Shown here: positions 53,736 to 64,000 of the stretch, piece after piece
Layout: every line of letters starts with the position of its first letter
Position numbering within the stretch: the first letter of the stretch is position 1
Assembly (NCBI GenBank): GCA_012295275.1
Contig: CM022673.1
Location: forward strand, 2,976,001-3,040,000
Source of the DNA: Chrysomallon squamiferum
Taxonomy: Eukaryota > Animalia > Mollusca
Direction of reading: 5' to 3'
DNA: 64,000 nt
Position numbers and translations under genes: made by a program
Notes under the pieces: model-generated
What the model saw: the letters and a program-made list of their open reading frames with translations, nothing else
The model's database searches: none
Told to the model about the DNA's origin: nothing

Positions 53736-55000
53736 CTGACAGATAAACTGATAAAACATTCAGTATTAATTTGTGTTATTCAAATTGAAGTGACAGAGGC
53801 AGAAAATAATTTCTGGCTTCTCCGAAACATAATTCAATAAAATCAAGGCGCATAGTATTTTGTGTCAGTAAACATTTTTCAACATGAAACATTCAGAGTG
53901 AAAATGCTGAATTCGTGCACGGTCTGTTGTCAGATATCTCAAACAACACTGGTCCAGATCTTATGGTTTATCCACGCATATAAAACTACGCCATCGTCAT
54001 AACCCAAACAACGGGCGATATGTAACAAAGACCTTTAAATAATTTAAGAGATAAAATACAAAGCTTTCTGTTCATACTGTGTATCAACTATCAAATTTGT
54101 ACCGGCTCTGTAATCAATATTATAATTTATTTTCCCGTTCAATTAGTACACTGTAACAGGTGTGACATGTCTAATATTGAAAGGTGCACCTGAAAAGTTG
54201 ATCGAAACTTAATTAGACATAATCAAAATATTGCTGAGAAAAGAAATCTTTCGAATTTTTTTTCTTTCAGAAACAAAAATAAATTTTATAATATGATTAT
54301 AATGTTACTAAAAAAAAAAATAATAAAAAAAAAGTTAAAATATCAGCTATGTAGATAAATGTTAGTCTTTCTCATTCATTGATTATAATGTTTCTAAGGA
54401 AGCTATGTTTTAAGATTTTCTTCAGAAATATTAGCTACAGTTGTATCCGATTTCACTCAAAATGTAATATTATAAAATTTGAATATTCAGATTTACATGA
54501 AATGCTTGCCAGATGTTCCGTTTCTTCATTCGTGTTGCTAAGAATGGGCCACAAGACGCGAACTGTTGTTGCTGAATAATTGGCATCAATTTGTTCTGTG
54601 TCTGGAAGCTACTAGCGCGAGTCATTAGTCATCACCCAGAGTTTCCAGATGATGGCTAACAGCCAGTGTTTACGGTTTACAAGCCGGGCCGCTTTTATCA
54701 AATACACCCATTGATCTCGGATAACAGTTATGAATATATTCATGTGGTTATTTATTTCCAGGATCGAGAGCCTGTGAATGCTATGTTGATGATAATCAGA
54801 AATGGGTTTCTGAAAAACAACAGATAGATAGATAGATAGATTCATTTACCTCTTTTCATTTTACTTGTTCTGTTTCTTCTTTTCTTTTTTTTTTTTAAAT
54901 TCATATATTTTCTCCTTTATCTCTTTTATCTCTTTCTTTTCCCCTCTCTCTATTACTCTGCCTCCGCCTCTCTCTCTTTCTTTCTCTCTCACTGACTCTT

Positions 55001-55113
<113 letters not shown>

Positions 55114-56050
55114 CTCCCTCACGGGGTCTTTATCATGTTATGTCCAGAAACTGACGCGATTATGTACACGAAAGCAAAATATATTATCATGACCTTTTTT
55201 ATACAGGAATCACAGAGTTCTTAATGAACGACGAGTTGGCAACATTTCTTGTTTCCAAGGACAAACATTCGTTTTACATATATCTATAGGACGTACTTAA
55301 AAAACAACAACAACAACAACAACAACAACAAAAAACAACAAAACAATCCAATCTGCAGCACACACTCTATTGAATGAACAGCTTAGTGTCTGTCTCTTGA
55401 CCCTCGGTTGATTCTTTGATAGGCTGGTGGAATCCAATATGTGGTGTTTCTTGCGGGCTAAGTCGTATTAATCTCAATCTGATCAGTGACAGAACTGTCG
55501 AGCCAGGTCGATGGGCTGAGATCCACTACGTCGCAGAGAAACCAACAACTGTCGCCGATCTGTCAGTTCTTTCTGTCAGTCGAGAACAATCAATACGTAC
55601 CTTAACAATTCCCCTTCTTGTTTTTCTTTTCTTTTCTCATTTTCTCTTTATTCCGAGAAGACTGCAGACAGATCAGGGATACTCTTGTGTTATTGTTGTT
55701 GTGCTGGAACTGATGCAGGAAATCGCACCTGTCGTTTGTATATATTTTATCTGTATCATACAACGTTGTGTCTGATGTTGTGACGTCTCCACTGATGCAT
55801 GTCAGTTAGGCTAGTGGAATATAATATAAACATTTATTGTCATTTAGACAATGTGTAGATATCGAGGTACTGACGTATCTGTAAAAGTGTTTGCGTGTAT
55901 GTTATAGATTCAACAGCATGTTTAATAATATAAAATCTCCATTGATTGTTATTTGCTGGTCATTTCTCTGGACTACTGGAGCATGTAACCTTTATTGTCT
56001 ACCAGGAGACATTGTGTTTACTGAAAGATGGTAAACTTAAAGTGGGTCCA

Positions 56051-56094
<44 letters not shown>

Positions 56095-57409
56095 GTATAT
56101 AAAGCAATATGTATAATTATCTAATACAATGGCTAACAGTTATACAGATAATGTATTATTTATTTATTTATTTGTTTTGTTTTGTGTATTTGTTTATTTA
56201 TTTATTAAATCAATTAATAGAATTATAGGTGTTAAAAAAAGAGTATCTGATATTAATGGACATTCACATTATCAAAACGTATCCATTGCTTTTCGGATTT
56301 TAGTAATATTGACGCATGAAGAAACTTTAAATCTGCTGAACATAAAACTAGATAAAATTTGATAATAAAATATATATTTACTGTCAAATTTTAAATTAAA
56401 CGCCCACGTATTGTCATATTCTAATTTATTGTTTGCAGTTTTAAAAGTGTTATCGTCAGTTGTTTTCGCATATTAATAAAAACTGTACGTGAAAAAAGGA
56501 ATTAAAGTAACGAATGACCCAAGCACATGTAATAATTTTTGATTCCAGGAAAAAAAGTTACATTTATTAATTAAGATTAAGAAATATCTTAGAATTTAAA
56601 GATAGATTAAACACATTTTTGTCAGAATTTTTTTTTTTTTGTTAATGTTAGTGATTTAGGCGGATGTTCCACCCAGTACCACGAAGAAATTCTGCCAATT
56701 ACAACAAGATCTTTTGACGCATTTTCACCACAACTTTGTTTTGCATATTAAACATACTTCTGATACTACAGCAAGCTGGAGAATATATAGTGAAACACAT
56801 TTTAACCTAAGACATTTTATAAATTATTTACAATAGGAAGTCCTTAGTTTAAATCTTTCCTAATCAGTAAGCTAGATCTAATCCTTGCTAACTGATCCTA
56901 ATTAATAAGTGTAACAAGTCACCACCCCTGCACTATATGAAGCCTCTTTCTTTAATCTAGCCTAATCAATAAGCTTAACAATTACCCCATGCATACCATC
57001 ATGCCACATTCAATACTCTATTTAATTACTGTATTTTTTTCATTAACAACTTCGAATGTTTTATAAAAACTTTCAGACAGAACCGAAAACAGATACCGTT
57101 GTTTTTCATAAACCGGAAGATTGACCGAACTTACCCAAAATTAAATAAAACTAATATATAATATAGAAAACCTGATGTACATATATATATATAAATTGAT
57201 ATTGATTTCCAAAAAACGGATAGATATTAAACCTCAGAAATTCGATGAACCTGAAAAGGCAGGCTATTTGAATTCAGGTATTTTAAAGTCCTTTAAGGAT
57301 CTGGGTTAAGAATTATAATAAGTAGGTTCCAGAAAAAAGAAGTAATTTTAACAAACTTAGGCCAGATAATTAATTAACGTACATAATTAGTTGAAAGGAT
57401 TAACTCAGA

Positions 57410-57520
57410 TAAAGGAACAGAGTAGCTCAGTAGTAGAATGAGGTGTAGTAGATCGCAAGATCACTTTTTCAAGGAAGCCCACAACAGCTTTTTTCCCGTT
57501 ACAGTTGGTTCTCCTTGTCA
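57410..57520 (+). mobile_element. Possible decayed tRNA-derived SINE head
   Basis: GTAGCTCAGTAGTAGAATG resembles a Pol III A-box/D-arm, but no cloverleaf follows. Confidence 0.3.
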
Positions 57521-58330
57521 CACAATATACAAAATGCAAACGAGCTTTGTAAATGTCATTTCGTTCTAACACGGTGTACAGTGATCATCAATCTAGTATT
57601 CTGTTAGATATATTTAATTTACATATTTACATATTCACGGCAGGCATATTATAAATTATTATGGAGGATGTCATATGATCACCATCGTAGATATAAAGTG
57701 CATATTAAATGCTGTGGTGGATATTACGCTGCAGTTGCTACATTAAACGTCGTTGCAAGCAGCAAGGCTTCATCGGATATTAAATGTGGGTTCATCTCCA
57801 TCCTGGAATAATATATGCGTGTTGAGTATTGTTCAGTTAATCGTTTTTTTATTATCAGTACATGTTTTATTAAGTTTTCCAGTATCTTTCTGATGATAAC
57901 AACTGCATGGTATTATTTATTTATTTATTTATTTACTATTATTATTTTTTCTTTCATCGTTGACATACATTTTGGTCACCTAGAGCTCTATCTACACAAC
58001 AGACCATGAAGACAGTGTCATTAAATAAACTTCGTACTGCATATCGGTCGTGATGTCAGCAGATAAAATAATAAAACGTCCATCAATTCAGATCCCAAAG
58101 TACCTTCAGATAGCTTACAAACAGTTATGGATTTTCTATTAATCACTTTATTTTCTGCGGCAAGAAACACAGTTTTGCTTTGACTGTACAATGACCCTCA
58201 CCAAACTGTTTCTCCCCCGAAACAAAAAACAACAACACGTGAATCAATATTTTGCAATTATCTGCATGTGAAAAGATTTACACATTTCACCACGAAGAGT
58301 ATCGCTAATGTTAGACATTCAGAACAGAGA

Positions 58331-58412
<82 letters not shown>

Positions 58413-59588
58413 AAGAGGAGAGAGAGAGAGAGCAAGAGAGAGAGAGAGTTAGAGAGAGAGAGATAGATAGATAGAGAGAGAGATAGAGAGATAGATAATG
58501 AGTTAGAGAGAGAGAGATATATAGAGAGAGATAGAGAGAGAGAGACAGAGAGATTTATTCAAAGAAAATAATGAATATACCAGACAGTGGTTTTAGATTC
58601 ACTTAGCTGAAGTGACAGATTCAATAAGCTTTTCAAACATCACAGAACCATAACTAATTTAACTGAGAATGTCATTATGAATTTTTCAAACTGCTGCGGT
58701 TAATAGCTAATACGAAACCTTTTGATTGAAATCAGAAACGGTCTTCTCCACCCTTCACAATAAACAGTATATCATGTTCCAGATTTTAACAGTTAACGCA
58801 CATTAAATACAGGCAATCTTTTGTTATTGTCATGGATTAAAGACTAGGAAACCTAATGGCAGTGAATAATGATCTAAATAAGCGAACATAAATATCGTTT
58901 AAATATAAGATTACTCTTTTGTTTTGCTACTCTGCAGCATAACCTGATTGCAGTATCTCCATATCGCCTGGTTTGCTGTAAACTGAATGTTTTGCTGCTG
59001 CAGTAGTCTAAAGAATAAGCTACTTTTCTGATTATGAACCAGTTGTCCCAATATGTGCTCGATCTAAATATGAGAAGATAATATATATATATTCATTTAT
59101 ATATGCATACATATATATATTTTATTACAGTAAACTAAAGCACAGGCGAGTTCTCTTACGCAAACGTTTATCTAATCTACCTACAAAATCAAAATTACAA
59201 ACTATTGTATATATACTAATAAATACTTTATTATAATTACAAACTAAAGAAGAGGCGAATGCAACAGCCAAAAAAAAAAAAAAAACAACCAACAACACAG
59301 ATTTCAGCCTCAAGACGACGTTAATTTGGTTATCAGGTCGTTGAGACAGCTGTAGCTATCTCGAGTCCAACCAAGACGCTGTTGATTGCTGTGTAAACGA
59401 AGCCGATGGTCGTGTAATGAGAAGATTTTCGCTTAGTCCATCAAAAAAAAAAAGAGAACAGAACGTATTAACCTTGTCATCGCCAGAACCGCAGTTGTGT
59501 CGATAGTTTGACTCTGCGTTAGAAAGAAAGGAGAAGCGAGGTTAAAGAAAAAAAGCGAAATAAAGCTAAAGAACAGAAAGAAAGATAG

Positions 59589-59623
<35 letters not shown>

Positions 59624-61678
59624 AGATAAAAATGAATGATGAAAAAAAGAAAAGAAAAAAAAGATGACAATTTGAAATAATATAAACCTCTGAAGAATGA
59701 CTGGAAATAAATAAAATAAAAATAAAGTAAGATCATAAAAATAAAAACAGGTGTCGAAGAAAAAGAACACCAAAAATAACAACGATGTAACAAAAACAAT
59801 AACAACAATAACAACGACATCGACAACAAGAACAATAATAATAATAAACACTAAATATAACAGAAACAACAACAACAATAATAAAACGAAAAAAAAAAAG
59901 AAAAAAAGAAGAAGAAATTAAAAAGAAAAAGAAAGAAATATAATTAATAGATAAATAAAATAATCGTGTTACAAATGACGCATATTGAGATATAAATTAT
60001 CTTTCGTGGTTGGGTCCCAGCCATTAAAACATGCTGTGTTTTTATCTAATTCTAACTGAACTTGACGTATTAGCTCTAAACACGTTTACAGACCATAAAA
60101 AATAATTATCCCCGGCTTCAAGCCACAGCCTTGAGAAACACGTTGCTGGATGTTGGTCACAGAAAGACTCTGGATGACATTTAAAATTAATTATGTTTGT
60201 GAAGGTGACAAGGGACAAATTACAAATTGTCTTGCTCCACGACGTCAAACAGATGAAATAATTTAGGAAAAAAAAACAAATAAAAAAAAAAAAAAAAAAT
60301 AGAGTTATAGCTGTAAAAGGCTGCAATACATTAGTTTTCCTTACTTTATCTACTGTTATTATTACTATTGCTGTTGCAGCTGGTATTGCTACTGCTGCTA
60401 TTATTGCTGTTATTATTACTACTTCTACAACTACGACTACGACTGTTATTGCTACTACTATAGTAGCTACTATTCTGTTATTCCTTTAATAGCACTGCTG
60501 CTGCTCACGCTATTACAAAAACTACCACTACTGTTACTACTACGTCTTTCACTACCATAGCTGCTGCTACTGTTACGATTACTACTACCACTACCATAGC
60601 TGCTGCTACTAATTCTACTACAGCTACTGTCGCCACTGCCACCACCATCACCACCTTCTACTATTACTATAGTTACCATCACCACCAGTGCGTTATTTTC
60701 TTACTACTAAAACAAAGGACGAAAACAACTACAAATACTACTACCATTATTAGAATAAAGACATCGACCATTACCACCACCATCATTCATCATTGCTGCT
60801 TCTAAAATTATTACTGCTTTTATAGACAAATTAAAAAAAAAAAAAACCAACAAAAAAACCAACAGCCATGAAATGATTTTTGAATCATGGTCTTGTTTTA
60901 CTTGACATTAAAGCTCAGTAAGTTAATCAAGTCTAAGATAAAAAAAAAAAAAAAAAAAAAAAAATTAAAATATAAGTATCCTCGTTCAATCCTAAGTCTG
61001 ACTATTTTAATCTTCTGTTATTTTAAATATTTTATGTACACACCAGCATCAACCTTCCGTACATCAGACGTGAGCATTTGCCGTTTGGAGATCTGAAAAA
61101 AAATCTTAACAAGCAACAATTCCATGGAGATTAACGAGACGTCGGCATATCGATGACGTACGCACAATTTCGATACCTAATCATAATTCCACAGAGCCCT
61201 TCGTCTTTACTTTCTCCTGGAATTCACCCGGAAATAATCAAATTAGCATAATGAGAGTCTGCAGTTGCTGAGTTAAACGCCGGTCACTGAGAATGCGATC
61301 TGCTAATGCGATCAGCTTTAGAGACGTGGCTGTCGCAAACGGCCTCAAGGTCAAGGTGATTAGTTTAATTTAATTAATGTTTGCAAGTCTTCTGTTGAAC
61401 TGTTCGTGAATGGTGTAACACTGAGATCAGTGTGAGCGAAAGTTTAATACCGTTTGTAAGGAAAGTGTTTGTTTTGTTTTACGTTAACTAACTGTTTTAA
61501 TGTGCTGTCTATCTGTCTGTCTGCAGTTGTTTTGAAAGAGTCACGGTTCTTGTGGTATTAATTGTGTAACGTTGTCGTTTAACGTGAACTTTACGGTACG
61601 ACGTTTTACTTCGTGTTTTTTAGAAATTCTTTTGAAATCTCTTGGTTAAGGTAGCTGATTTAAAATCACACATACACA

Positions 61679-61770
<92 letters not shown>

Positions 61771-62206
61771 TACTGCTAGTAGTAGGAGAAGTAGAAGCAA
61801 CAACAGCAGCAATATCAGTAGTAATCTTCATTGTTTTGATGACACTAACATGTTTTTCACGACTTTCATCCTTTATCTTTGCTATTGATGTCGGTTATCT
61901 CTTGTCATATAATCAGTTTTATCCGTATCAGTAATATGTTTTCTTTGTGCGTATACTCATACAGCAAACTGTGTACGAAAACCCATCATATCAATAATCG
62001 TGGCAATTTTGTTCAGTTTTATTATTATTATTGTTTTTTTATCATCATAACTTACAGTGGCTTTTAGAATACATGCATATATTTTTACCAATACTAATTT
62101 AAAAAAAAAATATATATATTTTTTTATTTATTTATTTATTTATTTTTTTTTTGTATCTCCTATTGTCTATTGTGATGCTTTCTCACGATTTTCTATAGAA
62201 AAATAT

Positions 62207-62249
<43 letters not shown>

Positions 62250-63223
62250 TGTATCCCAGAAACATGTTAAATATGTTCGATCAATATTATGAGATCAATA
62301 GCGTCTCGTTGAGTTTGGTTCTGTTTCGGTAACATAAACCTGCACACGGGCAAAAAGTTTCAGTCAGTATCGATAAAACATGCCGTTGAATCTCATTCTC
62401 GTTAACTCTATTTAAATTAAGTGTCAAAAAAACAAAAAAAACAAAAAACAAGAAAAATAAAACAAAAAACCCCACTAAATAATTCAGTCAGTAAGGGAAA
62501 ATTAATATTATTCCTGTATAGTTATCAGTTACTCTCAGTATATAATGTAAGCAACTGAATAATTAAAAACTCGTCGTTTTCAGTCACACAGTTCTGCTAA
62601 ACGAATTAATAATGTTCATGATTTATTAATCAGCTGAATGACTGATTGTATATGTATGAGTGTTTTGTGTGTGTGTGTGTTTTGTGTGTGTGTGTGTGTG
62701 TGTGTGTATGAGTATATATGTGCACGAATGTGTACGTTTGTATGATTGTCTGGTCCTTTTATATTCAAATGAATGTGTGATTTCGTGTATATACTAAAGT
62801 TTGTTATAAATGTATGTTAAAGTATGCTTATGTATTGAAATAAATATATTTGTAGGTATATATGAGTGTATATGAAAATGTATGCGTCTGATTTCATAAG
62901 CTTAAAAAAGTATAATATAGTTTATTTTTTTTAAAATACGATTATCCGATTTAATTTTACACATCAATTATTATCTAATATCATTTGTCAATGAAAAACA
63001 AATACTCTCGTTTTTCTTTTAATCCATTAATAGCAATCCTGCTTTCTGATACTTACATTTAATAAACACAATTTACACTTTTTTTCTCTCTCCTATAAAT
63101 GTTACTTAACATGTGAAAACAACAAATCATTTTAATATTAGTCAATGGTTTTGTATAGATTACAGTCTTCCAAAAGTAAACGCGAACAGATGAATATAAG
63201 ATTCTGACATCTCGCATCTCACT

Positions 63224-63337
<114 letters not shown>

Positions 63338-63861
63338 CTCCCTCTCTCTCTACCCCTTCTCCTCTTTCTATATCTCTAACCTTCCTCCATCTCTTTCCTT
63401 CTTCCTTTCAACAACTCCTACACACCATTCTAATGAACCAGTAAAGGTTTCCGGAATGTTTGCATTACTCGTGCAGTTCACGTCTGCTTGTCAGTGTTCA
63501 ACCCCAACAAGCCTCGTGTCGAGTGTTGAATAGAGAGCACGTCCTTCGTGACCTTCAGCACGACCGAAGAGTGGACAAGTGTCCTTGTTTAATGACACAG
63601 GCGCTGCTTGCCTAATTGCTCCGTAGAAAGTGTTCTTCCACTTTCTGCATCTGACGGTGACAATAATAAGACACTCGCAGAGCGGGTCTGATTCTCTCCC
63701 ACGAGCAGTGACAAAATAACTGACTGGCCACGCCCATTTCAAGTGGCTGGAGCCGTCTTTGTGTCAGATGAAGTTAACATCATCACATGGCAAATTGTGA
63801 AACTAAATGGAAACCGAAAACGTCAAGGGTTATTGATGCATGAGGCGGAATAATGAAAAGA

Positions 63862-63895
<34 letters not shown>

Positions 63896-64000
63896 TAAAA
63901 ACAAAACAAAATAAGTTAAAATAAATAAATAAATAAATAACAATGAAAAGTTAAATATAAAAGGTACCACTATGAATAGTAATAATTGTAGTAAGAGTAT

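Noticed and set aside
63554-63575. TTCAGCACGACCGAAGAG as a REST/RE1 site
   Set aside because: Only the left half-site matches; the GGACAG half is absent.

Overview
AT-rich, microsatellite-dense animal genomic DNA with spliceosomal GT-AG introns; probably an invertebrate such as a mollusc, but that is inference. Nearly all of the supplied ORF track is simple-repeat noise. Two spliced protein-coding genes lie on the + strand. (1) The last two exons of an Alx/CART1-family paired-class homeobox gene: homeodomain helix 3 at 29323-29460 and an OAR-domain exon at 32390-32767. I found no earlier exon in the window, so bases 1-29322 look like one >29 kb intron dotted with GC-rich enhancer-like islands. 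(2) A 10-exon gene at about 38022-51733 for a CNBD2-like protein with one intact and one degenerate cyclic-nucleotide-binding domain. Also present: two identical antisense intronic tRNA-Lys(CTT) genes flanking exon 9 of that gene, a 563-bp TA-flanked pogo/Tigger-type MITE, degenerate SINE-like relics and several minisatellites. The most unusual observations: a 13-copy tandem array made from the exon-7 splice acceptor, in which each junction forms a potential in-frame 15-nt microexon (YAG|ATTGTTTTAAATCTT|GTAAGA); further splice-donor duplications in the same gene; and a first exon split across two overlapping reading frames, with a G_GTT_TTA slippery-like site just before the first frame's stop.
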